Positions 43,741 to 57,388 of a DNA stretch of 64,000 nucleotides are shown one piece after another. This DNA comes from Phoronis australis. Taxonomy: Eukaryota > Animalia > Phoronida. The DNA is taken from positions 517,456-581,455 of the forward strand of contig NMRA01000009.1 in NCBI GenBank assembly GCA_002633005.1, written 5' to 3'. A model generated the notes under the pieces. That model was not told the origin of the DNA, searched no databases, and saw only the letters and a program-made list of their open reading frames with translations. The first letter of the stretch is position 1; each line of letters begins with the position of its first letter. Position numbers and translations under genes: made by a program.

Positions 43741-44951
43741 AGGTGTATACTTTGTGTTACTTCGTGACTATGAAGGAAAAGTTCCAAGTAGAAATTTGTT
43801 TCTGGCATTCTAATGCTGTGCTAATCTCGTATGTTGGTAAATTTTGTTTTTAATTCTATGTTTCTGTGGTGCTTTAAGCAACTGATGTATAGGATGTGCT
43901 TGTATTATGAAGATCACTCACATTTTGCCCCTAGCCTATTGAGGAGACAATGACCATGCCTTTCCATTTTGCAAAGTACAACATACTACATAATATGCCC
44001 TCTACTGGCCACGTTATGGTACCAATAAACAACCCTAGAAGGATACCGTATACGGTGCAATTGTGGGCTAAACTTTTTGTTTTGGCGTCGAAACCCATTA
44101 TTAGATCCAACTGATAAATTTCACTGCCGCGCCACGGGGGTTTCGGTAATCTGCTGACGTAGTGCAGTACTATATTGCAAAAAATTGTCAAAACCAACAT
44201 ATACTTTTCCAACTTATTGCAACCGACGTTTTCTGGTCTACAAAAAACTTGTGTACACGTGTGTCTGTGAGGCATATATATTTGAGTTCCCATTCAGAAC
44301 AAGCGACGTCGAATCTGGAACCTTCGCGCTCGCAGCTAACGGCTAGCCTGTCGGTGGAGCTACTTAATCACATTTTAAGTATGGCAAGAGTATTTTTCCA
44401 GCGTCTAACTCTTTGTCAGCTAAGTCGCTGGCCAAGATTTCAGCTATTGTGTAGTAGTCAAGTCGGCTAGAACTGGCGATTTGTAATTAAATAAAAAGAA
44501 ACGGACTTCATATTTTCGTAGCTGTGTTCAAAGCTGATAAGTTCAATAGGAATTTATTTCATCCAATAATTCCAAATTGCGTTTTTCGGCAGTTGAAACG
44601 ACATCATTCTCAGGCAGTAGCGTTGGCTTGCGCATGCTTAATACTCGTGCTTAAATACGCCCTATGGATGGGACAGGAGTTTTGTTTAGTAAGTCACATA
44701 TTAAAATCAGTTTCCAAAACCGTAGTACGTTTCTTTGAGTAAGCGTTTTAATTAAAATCCAATGCATTGTGGTCATTGTTTTAGTTCGTGTGTTTTGGAG
44801 TGGAACTCCAGTAAAAGTCAACCTCTGGAAACTGAGAGTCAGACAATAACAATAAAATTATTGACGATCATCATTGTTCATGCGTGTTTATTGTCTTCAG
44901 TAAAACGTAACACAAATTTTATTTAGTCTGCTTATGTTGAATTATTTGGTT

Positions 44952-47900
44952 TCACCACAAGCACTCTTGATCTGAAAGTATAAGACAACAACAAATTAGA
45001 AGGTTATACAAAAAGTGGGCACATGTTGGATGTTACTGCATTTTCACTGGTTTCATTATTTACGTTACTGTGCAAATTTCAATAAAATTTCCCTTTTCAG
45101 TAATAGTACGATGAAGTTTTCGTACTCCATCATTTGCTCAGTCTTAAGCAACTCTCTTGATAAAGCCGGAGATGTTAGATATAAGTAGGCCTACCTATTT
45201 CTCTGGCCGGTCCGTACAGTTCCCATCTCAACGCAGGCTTTTTGCGGAACGTTTTGGGTAATAAACGTACGTATCTGGCCACAAATGGAGTGAGGTCATG
45301 CACTACTACAGATTCTTGGTCCATGTTCCCATTTAGGGGAATGCCTTTATTGTACGCCGTCAAGTTGTCCGTACTATTACCATACATCAAGACGTACGTC
45401 GACGTCCATGAACTGTCGTCGCCCCTACCTTGCGTTGCCACAGCAATAACTTCTCGTGGATAGCGCAAGTCCATCTGGCGAACACGTGTTAAAGAATGTG
45501 GTTAAATCGGGGAATTTACAACATTTTGGCGCGACATTTTTAATGCCCAAAAAACAAACTTCAACAAATATGGCCTCCAGGAAATGTCTTTTTTAGGCTG
45601 GCTGCTGAATCACTGACTTAGCTGTTGTCCATCTTATTTATTATAGAATTTTTTTAAGTTGTTTTTTAACCGTTTGTAACAGCTTTCTCTAGAGCAGTGC
45701 ATAATGCAAAGCATGTGAAAGTTTTATTAGAAGCAACTGGTCATATCTGAGATATAATGATCACTAGTTAACTGGTCATATCTGAGATATAGTGATCATT
45801 AGTTTCATAATAACCCAACTGGTCATATCTGAGATATAATGATCACTAATCAACTGGTCATATCTGAGATATAATGATCACTAGTTAACTGGTCATATTT
45901 GATATATAATGATCACTAGTTAACTGGTCATATCTAAGCTATAGTGATCATTAGTTTCATAATAACTCAACTGGTCATAATCTGAGATATAATGATCACT
46001 AGTTAACTGGTCATATTTGAGATATAATGATCACTAGTTAACTGGTCATATCTGAGCTATAGTGATCATTAGTTTCATAATAACCCAACTGGTCATAATC
46101 TGAGATATAATGATCACTAGTTAACTGGTCATATTTGAGATATAATGATCACTAGTTAACTGGTTATATTTGAGATATAATGATCACTAGTTAACCAAAT
46201 TAGGACAGTCCTACATAACCGTAAAAAGGATACAGAAAATAAATAAAACATTCTTTTGTTATTTTGTTATTGTTCTATACAGGTTAAGTTGTTTCAATCT
46301 TAGATCTTCTAATGCGCTACTGCGCGTCAAGAATTATAGTCATTAATCAATGTACTGTGAAGATGGGCGATACTGTCTATGAGTAATTTACTACCTGTAT
46401 CCACGGTGCAGGAATTGAACTACCAAAAGTACCAGACCAGGAGGTGGAAGATCCGAGCTCCGAGAACCTGGCGGTCAGTTTTGGCTTGAACTGATTGGAA
46501 GATGAAAGACCGTCCCCGTAACTGGATGCAATATATGCTATTTCGCTGTTCTCTGCAATAGCAAGCTGAACATACTGGACTTTGCGAAAGAACACGCAAC
46601 AAAGAATTTGTGAAAAGTGAATAAGAGATAGCGAAATCATTTTTTATAGTCTTTAAAATGAACTTGCTTGGATTGCATCGTGCTAAGTGTACGTTGCAAG
46701 CAAAACTATACCACTAGGGGACCCATTGGTACACCCAAAGTGGAAGATGTTCATGAGAGTCACATCTAAAAACAGGATGCCGGTGCCGAAGAGGAGGTCA
46801 ACGTCTTGTTCCCATTTCAAAATTGCTGTAGTCTCAAGATTCCAAACTGATTGGAAGTGATGAATGTGAATAATTTAAGTGATCAAAACTAAAAAAAACG
46901 AGGCCAGCATCTGGTACAGATTTCACATTCATAGCTAAAAGTGTGTTCCCGAAAGATTGCTCTTGCTTCCGGTAGCAAGTCTGTCTTGTCAAATGTCTGT
47001 AAATCAAGATAATTGGCGCAATTAAAAAATAAGTGAAAAAGCTATGTAAAAATCAACCTGTGAAGTGTTGTGGTAGAGAAGTCCCGCTATGTGTATTATA
47101 TGGTCGGAATGTGGTGTCCCTGTACGTGCCACGCGTGCCGATGGTTACCTACTTTTACAATGAGGACCATAGAGTTCCCAGCGGACAGCTGCCAAGTATT
47201 TGTATTCAAGGGGATACAGGCGAACGTAGCGGGCCTTGAAAGGATTCTTCAGGGGATGAATAATAATTTCAGTCTGTAAATTCTTTCCTGGGTACATCCA
47301 AACACGCTGGAATGTTCCCCCTGCAAGTAAACCACTGCACGTGTTTAAAAGCATCCCATGACGTATTAAAGAATATCCAAATAGTTAAAGGCGAAGCCAA
47401 CCTTTTTTCATGTCATTTTCAGCAACAAATAAGGTTCGTTGATTATCCCAGACATATTTTTCACTTATTTAATGCTTTTCGTAATTTAATTAATTACTCG
47501 TCGTCTACTCCGGAAGTGACGTTTTGGGAGGCAAGAATTTCGCGCCAATTTCTTTTCATATAGTCTGACTGTGAGAGCAGTCGAGTCAGTCATTGTTCTA
47601 CCTCGGCTGTGATAAGTTCGGTCGTCGTTTGCTTTTGCTTACTAGTCAGTCAACATGCCACGCTGTTGCTGCGTACTGGGGTGTACTCATTATCGTCTCA
47701 CGTACAGAGGAAGAACTGTCCCACTTGCCCGAGTGTCCCGCAACACACTCCCACTGGAGGGTGATCTGAGCACCCAAACTGCTTACACCCCGCCGTGTGA
47801 CTCCCTCGCCACACACCTGGCACCTTCTAAATAGCTCCAATACAAGTCCATAATAAACTTATCAAACTTAGGCTCACCGATCTGTTCATTGGATGACGAA

Positions 47901-50900
47901 TTGTCCTCTTCACTGGGTGTTGAACTGGGCTTGTATTCACTCCCACTACTCAACATCGCTGCAGGGCTGCTTACAGGCTCTGGGTAAGAGACAACAGCAC
48001 AGGGCGAATCACTGCTGAGTTCCCGGAATTGCACGCAATGGGGTACGTTCGGAGGCACGGGTGACAGTAGATGAAGTGCCTCCAGTCTCTGTATATAGAG
48101 GCCACAGCTCGCAAGGCTTCTCGCTTTAAAAACGCGCTTCTCGGGGTTGGCGACGGGGCACTGCCGGGAATCAGCAGCGACGGTATGGTACCCTTCTTCA
48201 GGCGTTGTTTCGCAGGGACCTTCATCAATTCAGCGTACATATTTCTGTCGTAATCTGATGGCAGAAAATGCTTGCCACCCTCGGTAACCCCCACTGCTTT
48301 GTACGTTGCGTGGACGGGTAGCGCTGCGTTCTTCACATGAACGAGCTAGTCAAGTACGGCGAAGTGTGTCATCCTTCGGAAAGCGACGCAAGGTACCCAA
48401 AGCGCGTGCGAGACAATAATGAGTACACCCCGGCACGCAGCAACAGCGTGGCATGTTGACTGACTTGTAAACAAAAGCAAACGACTACCGAACTTATCAC
48501 AACCGAGGTTGAACAATGACTGACTCGACAGCTCTCATAGTCAGACTATAATGAAAAGAAATTGGCGCGAAACTCTTGCCTCCCAAAACGTCACTTCCGG
48601 AGTAGAGGACGAGAAATTAATCAAATTACGAAAAGCTGTAATTAAGTGAAAAATGTGTCTGGGATAATCAACGAACCTTATTTTTGCTAAAAGTGACATG
48701 AAAAAAGGTTGCCTTCGCTTTTAAGTGTAACTTTTTACTAGTTTGAGTTAATTCTCAAGAGCTCTGGTGTGGTATATAAACTACGACACTTTTTTACAAT
48801 AAATATTAATCACCATTTCAGAAAAAGAAAAAATGTCCAAGAAAACATACCGTGTTTCCAATTCTTGCCATCGTCACTATAGGTGATGTTGTATTTAGTT
48901 ACGTAGTGGTTTTTGTTGTCACCACGCGGCCTAGTGGCAACCGCCGACACTGTCTTCTCCTTGGCGAAACTCACCTGCATAAAATTCAACAAGAGAAGGC
49001 CTACATGCCGTTCTTATGAATTGCACGCCCTTTTCACAACACGCGATGAACTTTACTGATGCTGAATAGCTACACGTATTATACATTAAAACTCAGACCT
49101 TCGATTGGATTGGATTTGTTTGTTTGATAACGATTTCTTAAAACAGAAACGAAAAAAAAAACATTACAGTTGTATAATTGAAACTAAACCAAATGATTAT
49201 TAACATGCATATTACCAGGATAACACCAAAAATTTGAAATCATTTCTACGATGGTCCATAAAATAAATATATAATACAAAGAATGAATAACAATCAATGT
49301 AGTACAGAAATGGTGTGAGTGAGACAACTAGTTGTGGTAAGAAAGAGATGAGCATAAGAAGTGACTCGAGAGATGATCATTGAAGAAATATTAAATAAAT
49401 TTTAAGTAAAATCTTAATTATCGCTTCTTTCAATGACATTTGAAAACGTGAAGTTTAAGTTGACGTCGAATAGTATAGATCTCTGTTATGGCTCTCAGAT
49501 AACTTGGAAAACAATCCCATAAGGCTATTGTCAAGTTCAAAAACGTGTGGGGTCCACTGGTATGGACTCGAGGTGTAAAAAACATGTCTACTTCTTTTGT
49601 GCATGTTGAGAAGTGTTCAATGAGGTAATTGTCTAATAAAGTGGCCCTTGCCATGACTGCATTTGAGAATTGATATGCGATTGAAAAGAAGCAGTACATT
49701 GAGCGTTGTTGGCATGCGGTTTACTACTGAATCTATCGTATTTTCTTAATTAAATGTTTGTTCATCTTCAAGTCCCGCTCTTTCTCTTTATATTTTTCGT
49801 TCAGGCAAATGTTGAATACACAGCAACATCTACTGTTTACTAATGACGTCTCACTGATATAAAAATACGATATTTAGCCCTTGCATGTTTCGCATTTAAG
49901 CACATGCGCTTAATTCCGGATATAGGTGCAGTTTCATTTACACGCACGTTGGCCTAAATACGCGGGTACTCGGTGTAATGTGGGTACCTGAATCCATTTC
50001 TTATTGTCCTTCCACGAGGGAATCCACCCCTGTGGTCCAGCATTTGACAGCTTGGAGTTGACTGGAGCATGGTTTGAGTTTAGCTGACTGGAGGCTCGGA
50101 ACGCGTCTGGATTTTGGAGAGCCTGAATGTACGCTTCAGGCGCACAGGCATTCGACGATGGAATGTCTGAAGACAAGATGGGAGTTGTAATGGATTCATA
50201 AAAATATTGACTGATAATTGTGAATAAGGTATAACCACGTGAGGTCGTACAGTTCGTAACAAGGCTTTCAACAGTACTTGTTATATAATTTTACTATAAT
50301 TTATAGAGATTCCGGACAATTAATACATGTATCCTGACGACTTCTTCATAGAATAATAATTTATGTAAGTTTTTCTTTGTACACTTGCCATGTTTGTACA
50401 GTAATCATTACCATGTCAAGTGAAAGTTTAGAATGTTTACAAAATGTCGATGTGAATGAAACAACTAAACATACATATATTATCTTACTTTCTTATTATA
50501 ACTAAAAATGACTTTATAATAAATTGTTACTTTTGTTTTCATGGCGAGATGCAAAGAAAACGCTCAATAAACGAAGAATTATTTCCATTACATGGGGATT
50601 TATTTTTTACAGAATTTTTACATGTCAAATTGTAACAAAGCCAATCATTCTAGCAGTAAATTGGAGAAAAGTTAACAGCGGTGTTAATGATGTGGCACAC
50701 TTCCCGTGGAAGGTTGTCGTTTTAGATTAAATCTTCTGTGAAAATGTTAGCATTGGGTATTTAAGATTCTACCATATTTTTTCAAACTGTAGAAATGTTT
50801 CATATTGTTTTATATCTGAAATTAAAATTTCCTGAAGAGTGATTATCTCACGTGTCAAACATGGCAGTGTCAGCTGCACACGTATCAAACATGGTAGTAT

Positions 50901-51273
50901 TTCCCTTCTTTAGGAATGATGTCCATTTCAGACAATGTTCTTTCTCACCTTTATACATAGGTAATATATGATCTATAGAATCGCCGATAAGCTGTTCCAC
51001 AAGGACCATTTTGTCCAGTAATTCTGGTGTCTGAGCTAAGGTAGCGTATTCTTCGTCAAGGTAAACTTGACAGCGCTGTGCCTCCTTCGCCGATTTAATC
51101 ACCATCTTCCTCAGCTCATCATTACTCGCTTTTAAGTCACGAAGCCTCTGGTCAAGACGTGTAATTTTTGTTTTTAAGTCATTGGTTGTCTTTTGAATGA
51201 CTGAGTTGTCTGACGGTACAGCATGAATGAGTGAGAAAGTGAGTAAGACGTACGGCAGTAGAGAGGTACGCAT
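44952..51273 (-). CDS. Secreted protein with coiled-coil stalk and two discoidin/F5-8 type C domains (lactadherin/EDIL3/retinoschisin-like), ~426 aa
   Basis: Exons 50949-51273, 49988-50166, 48851-48974, 47153-47320, 46395-46579, 45195-45474, 44952-44971; phases consistent. Signal peptide MRTSLLPYVLLTFSLIHA, heptad-rich segment, FA58C motifs (ASS..., WIQV, VATQGR, YSDDG..W, PF.ARYVRL.P, ALRWELYG) twice; ends IDQECLW*. Confidence 0.88.
45735..46195. repeat. Minisatellite, 35-bp unit with longer variant units
   Basis: AACTGGTCATATCTGAGATATAATGATCACTAGTT. Confidence 0.93.
47389..48720 (-). mobile_element. Kolobok-type transposon derivative with ~310-bp TIRs and decayed transposase N-terminus, in discoidin-gene intron
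   Basis: TTAA flanks (47385-88, 48721-24). Minus strand reads MPRCCCVPGC...RFPKD...KHFLPSDY...RLKKGTIPSL (THAP), then LFRRCQVC...G..ITLQWECVAGHSGKWDSS (zinc-finger-like); stops and frameshifts present. Confidence 0.82.
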
Positions 51274-52004
51274 GTTGCTAAGCTCCAGGTCTTGCATGAA
51301 TCCCACTAGATTATATTGTAACTATATATACACACATAATCTTATAGTTCTAACAATATGACGTTTCCTACGGATGATAACGGCTCAAGTCTCACTGCAT
51401 GGCGTGACCCATCAGTTGTAAATCAGTGATTGCATGTTAGTGGAATAACCGAAACAATGGAAGGAGATGACGAAAACAGCTGTGACGATGACGATGACAA
51501 TAATGGCGATCAGGACGAAAATGGTGGAGGATAATGATACAAGAGGTGATGACGTTAACAGTAGTGGAGGTGACTACATGAACGACAATGGTAATGGTGA
51601 AGGAGATGGTGATAACGATACTGGTGATTAGGTGGGAGAAGATGACGGTTGTCAAAGCATGCACAAGGAATAGGATTTCACGTATGAATGATATCGCAAT
51701 CACCGGTATCAGCTCAAATTCCATAAAACAATGATATGAATTTATCAAGTTTTTAGATATTCCTTGATTTGACAATAATGTTCTTGCGTGCAGCGATAGA
51801 TTGACTGTCAACGGTTTACTGGTTAACATTACTTCTGTTTCCTCTTAATTCTCTGGCAAGTAGGCCTAAGTAGATCGTGGAATTAACTTATGTCAGGGCT
51901 TATTACTGTACTTAGGTGCGAAAGTTCAGAATGTCTTGTTGGCAGCAAGCCATGGGCTGAATAGCGTCTGTGGCCTGAGCTCTACTTTCTTATCGTGGAA
52001 CACG

Positions 52005-52233
52005 CTGTCGGTACACGCCACACTTGCAATGTAAGCGGTAGTGGGGATGTGTTTCAACACTTTGTGGGTACACGCCACACTTGCATGTAAGGGTTAGTGG
52101 GGATGTGTTTCAACACTTTGTGGGTACACGCTACACTTGCATGTAAGGGTTAGCGGGGATGTGTTTCAACACTTTGTACACACGCCACACTTGCACATAC
52201 ATGTAAGCTGTAGTTGGGATATGTTTCAACACT
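52005..52233. repeat. Tandem repeat, ~55-bp unit x4
   Basis: GGTACACGCCACACTTGCATGTAAGGGTTAGTGGGGATGTGTTTCAACACTTTGT. Confidence 0.9.
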
Positions 52234-54767
52234 TCCTTCTACTTGTTATGTGAGGAGAGAAAAGTTCTCATTTTTCGGTTTATAATACTTACTAGGACAA
52301 CTGCTTGTCGTCAGTGAACGGACGGCTAGCAGTTGTTGCTACGTCTCTCAAGTTAAAATATATCTCATTCAAAGCCTTTACCAACAAGCATGCTTTTCAC
52401 CTAACTGATCGCAACGTCTCAATACAGAAACAGTGATCACGTGTTATGTCAAACATGCTGGATGTATTTTATACATGTGTGTAAGGTACGGATAATTTAT
52501 TGTAGTTACTTGATTTAAAGCAACATATTCTAAAAATACTGTGTTTATTTAAAACATTGCCAATCGAATGCATACGTTTTACAGCATTACGCTTTTAGAC
52601 ATCCATTACCAAAGTCATTTAGATAAAGTGGTGAAAACCAACAGCTGCAGACACAAACATTTTGTTTTACTAGCATCCATTACCCGTTGATGATGCTTAT
52701 CGCATGTCGACCAGCACGAAGCCAACAACATGTGATTAATGAATCCTGCATAATACGAATGGGGTTCTTTTGTGCCTCATTATTTACTTCACTCATTCAA
52801 TAAGTAAACATGGCACAAAAACATGCTGAAAAACATCAACCAAATCATTTTTAAATAAAATCATTAAAATGATATTCATACCGTAATGGTGGACGTAAGT
52901 AAATCATAGACTGTGCGTTGATGTGCCTCACAAACCAACCTGTTCAATAATAACCAACAAATACTCGTACCAAACTCTAATCATAACCCCGTAAGTCATG
53001 GTTACCCGTGGCCAGGAGACAGAGACTGCGGTACCGACTGTGGTACTACGGAGGATCTAATATCACAAATTGACGGTTTGCACTGCGTTAGGGTGCCATC
53101 AAGGAGCTACTATAGTGGGTGGCAACGTTTTGTCGGTGAAGTGTCTCGATGGACGTTTTAAGTATTCAAAAGTGCCTGGTCTGTGAATGAATGGTTTGGA
53201 AGCATGTTTTTTTTAAATACCTAGAATAATTAACATGACAGTTTTATTTTTATCACTTTCCATTCAGTTCTGTCGTTCACTTGGCATAGATACCTTATCC
53301 CTGTCTTTGGTAGGGCTATTATCACTGAAATGATAGCTCCTGTAAAGTACCTGTGCACGTTATGACCGAGACATCAAATGTCTTGTCGTGTGCTGTTATT
53401 GTTGAAGTGGCGGCAGGTATACTTGGGGCCGCCATACTTCGCGTTACGGTCGTTCCGTTCAGATGCCAGTACTCTTCTGGTTTCTTTTACATCAAAAATC
53501 GATTTGCTTTGAGGTAGACCTAAATGTCACTAACCTTCTTCTTCTTCACTAATACTGGATTTTGATTTTTGGTGCACCACATAAAAGTTATTCCACCGCT
53601 CACAATATCATATGGTGTGAGTTCGTTTACTTAGTTATACCATGTCACGTGATGCTTCATCGTCAAGTGTGGTGCTGATAAAGTTCTGTTTGAGTTATTA
53701 CTTATTTTTCAAGACGTACACAACTAGAGTACAGTAGACTGTATACTGAAAGGAACGCAAGATCTAGTCCAGAGTATTAAATTGTGGGACCTCCTATAAC
53801 TTCGGCGTGATGAAGTTTGACGTGGACAGAACAACCAACGAAGAATTAGATGACGTTGGCTGGTAGGTGCAAACAGGAAAGTATCAATGTTGTTGCTAGG
53901 GAACAAACTGAGACTGTTTGTCAGGTGACTTATCAGATGTGAAAAATAACAGTGACATTTATTGAAAAAGCGATGTGACAATGTGCGGGTACGCAAATCT
54001 GGAAACAATCGAGAATATCTCTCCAATGTGTGAGTAACCAGCAACCAAAGAAGTATGAATTTAAAGGAAAACCCGCAGGTTGGCCAAAACACAGAGGAAA
54101 AAGAAAACGAGTGTAGTGCATTTGAATGAAATTGAAGATGCATTGTGAAAGGTTGTTATAGAAGACAAGAAACCTTTGTTCTGGGGTCTAAATGCAATTT
54201 TAGCTGGGGATGACGTCCGCTGAAGACTTGTAATGTCCACCCTGGCCATGACAACACCAACAACTCTCACTAACGGCAATTTATCGTCACACTCGAAACC
54301 AATGTGATTTGATAATGTCGTTTTTATTTTTTTAGTCCTCTAAAAAATCTAGCCTGGGCCTTCTGTGGCAGAAAATGAACCTTGTTGACAGCGAATAGTA
54401 TTGATCGGAAAAAATGAGTGTGTTTCAGTACTTTTTAAATATCCATATTTCGGGGCGCACGCTCTTATAGACCTACAAAACACGATGAGTGAAAGTTCCA
54501 TAGCGAGTGGTGTTGCTATTCAGTGTATTCACAATATTTCTGAACATCGGTTTTCATGTGATGGTATCACATTTTTTCTGTGAGAATTTGGGTCTGTACC
54601 AAATTCTTACACGAAAAATTTTGCTTCGTTTGTAGAACTTGTCATTAGTGATTCTTTTAAATTTCACTCAGTGTATATTTTTTACATCTGAATTATAATA
54701 GTGAGCACATAGATCATTATGGTTATAGCCATCTTCATTGCAATTGAGCTATTTTTGTTACTACTAA

Positions 54768-54769
<2 letters not shown>

Positions 54770-54834
<65 letters not shown>

Positions 54835-54862
54835 ATGACGACGACGACGACGATGATGATGA
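54770..54862. repeat. Compound trinucleotide microsatellite (TTG)n(GAC)n(GAT)n
   Basis: Direct reading. Confidence 0.95.
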
Positions 54863-57388
54863 GGCTTTGGGCGCCTACTTACTTTTGATTTTACCACTAA
54901 CCGTAACACCACTGTTTGAGATCATAATATGTGCGATGATGTGAACGCACGCCATTTCCGCATGTTCAGTTATTATGAAAACAGTTCAGGAAATCATTAA
55001 AACAAAACTCGGCATTTCAACCGTAAGTTTCCTTCCTTTTCCACTGGAAGTATGAGCCTTTTTCATTTCAATCTTTACATTTACCAATGTTATGTGACTG
55101 ACACTTATCTGCTCTTTCGATCATAAACAGACACACTGTAACAACCGGATTCATTTTGCTCACCAATAATGCCTGCCAGTTACAAGTTTTACAGTACTTG
55201 TAGCTGTTTTGTCACTCGCATGATAATAGCCAGGAGGAACACTCGGCGTTTCCCTTGAAGGGAAATGGATTTCCCCGCCTAGGATGATTGGCAAAAAAGC
55301 TGTTGTTACGCAACAAGAGTAATAATTTAGCACTGCAAAAATCACAAAAGAGTATCTGACATTGTTTAAAAAAATCGAAACTGCCTTGAACTTTTTGGTC
55401 TAGGCCACTCTGATAATAATTCCAATGAAGGTCGCTAGAGGGGGCGGTAGTACGAAGTGCAATAAAAGTGACCTTGACCTAAACTCACGCCAGGTAAAGC
55501 AAAAAATAATTTGACAAAGATGTAGTGAAAACTTGTTTTCTCTTGTGTAATTTTCTTGCTCGCTGGCTTGAGTTTAAACGCCTGGAAACCTCAAGTAACT
55601 GAAGATTACCGTTAGTGTGGATATCTGGTTTACATACTTTTCCGAGGCAAGACAGATTATGCTGAACAATGAATTTGCGCGTCTAAAACTAAAAGACTAG
55701 AAAAGACAACTTGCAGTTGCACTTGATTCGCCTGAGCACTTGCCAACAGACGCAAAAGTCAAAACTTGCTAGAGGAAGGACTTTTGACGGTGTGTGAAGA
55801 TTTCTTGTTTGGGCCGAATTATTGTGTCAGATGTGACATTCTCTAGATCATGTCCACCTCATCAGTCTCCAATCAGATCAACATGTCGGGTCCTCAGGAT
55901 TCTCAGGGCTTTGTCTTTGTTGAGTAATTGAGTTGAAGGATAGGTAATTACATCGCTCTGAATGCCGCAGGCATACGGGGCGATAGTACAGCCCCATAAA
56001 AAGTTACTCATTTCAAAATATAGCAAATAAAATCGAATGAAACATACATAAATGCACATGGAGTTATAATTAACACACACCATGACCATGGGCATGACAA
56101 TTTAGTCAACATAACTTGAACCTATCCATGAAAATCCGTCGCGGTTCGCTCTAGTAACCGGCCAAAGGAGGGGCTACGTGTTGCCTAGTTGAAGGATTGA
56201 TTATGATATTATAAAACATGTACACTGTATCTGCAGCAGTGTAATGGAAGTGCATGGCTGCTGATCCTTTGAAGCTGTTGTAAACTACAAAGAAGCTAAC
56301 TTTTGATGTAGACCACTGACCAGTGTAAAATGGTCTCTACTTGTTGGGTAGGCAATGACAACATCAGTGGGTGCTGTGTTACTTAGTTTTTGAGTTTTTC
56401 CGCACTGGAGTGACAATATTGATTTTGGAATTGTTAAATAAGGCACCCCTGACACATGCACTGGTATGCACTCTAGAACAGTAAAAGAGTGATGTTTTTT
56501 GTACTTGTCACTTGTTTTTTACACACTGTTCACGACAGAAATAGATGGTGATGTCATGTTCCAAAAGTGGAATTTTATTTTTAATAAACCAGAAGTTGTG
56601 CCAAAAAATGCTTGTTCATTTTAAGAACTTTACACTATAACTAGCGTCAACCAAGTGATTTGAGAAATGTGAAAATTTGCAAATACATAGGCCTTTTGAC
56701 AAATAAAGTAGGTCAGTTTTGGCAATTATTAATCTTGTCTGAAGGTAGTAAGATGTTATCTTACTAGTAATTAGAGATTGATTTCACTGTTCAGGTCAAG
56801 TGTGGCCTATGGCAAGAGGATTTTTTCTCGCTATCAGCTTACGTTGAGTGGTACTACTGTATATTCAAAATATTTGTACAGTTCTGTTGTTAATTGGATT
56901 CATTCATCTTGACTATTTTGTTAAGTTCGAAAGCTTGGTCCCGATGACTACTCACACCAGGGCAAGTTTTGTTTGGGACAACTTGTGTCTGGTCTGTTGA
57001 GTATCCATTAGCCTGATATCCACGAGACAGTCATGCAACCGATATCATAAATTGCTTGTAACATGTGTTGTGCAAATGGGTTGAAAATAAAAGTGCTTGT
57101 ATGTACTCAACTGCCTCTGCTCCTGTCCACATCATCTGTCACACTGGTGCTTGTTGATTGGCTGGTGCATATTATCTCCAACTGGAAGAGGTGTGTTAAC
57201 TTGTCACGCCCATATCAAGCTGCGCTACTTCAACTTTTGATCACATGGTCTACAGATGCTACCTGGTCTAGGACATGTGCCCGTCTTGACGCAGCTAAAC
57301 TGACCAAGTGATGCTTTAGAATTGCAATTGTTATTTTGTGCTAATGTTGCTCAAGTGGTTAATTTTTTAAAAATGGTTTTATTTACAG

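Noticed and set aside
51437-51829. 130-aa hydrophobic/His ORF and opposite-strand acidic stretch
   Set aside because: Decayed GAT/GAC low-complexity sequence with stops on the acidic strand.
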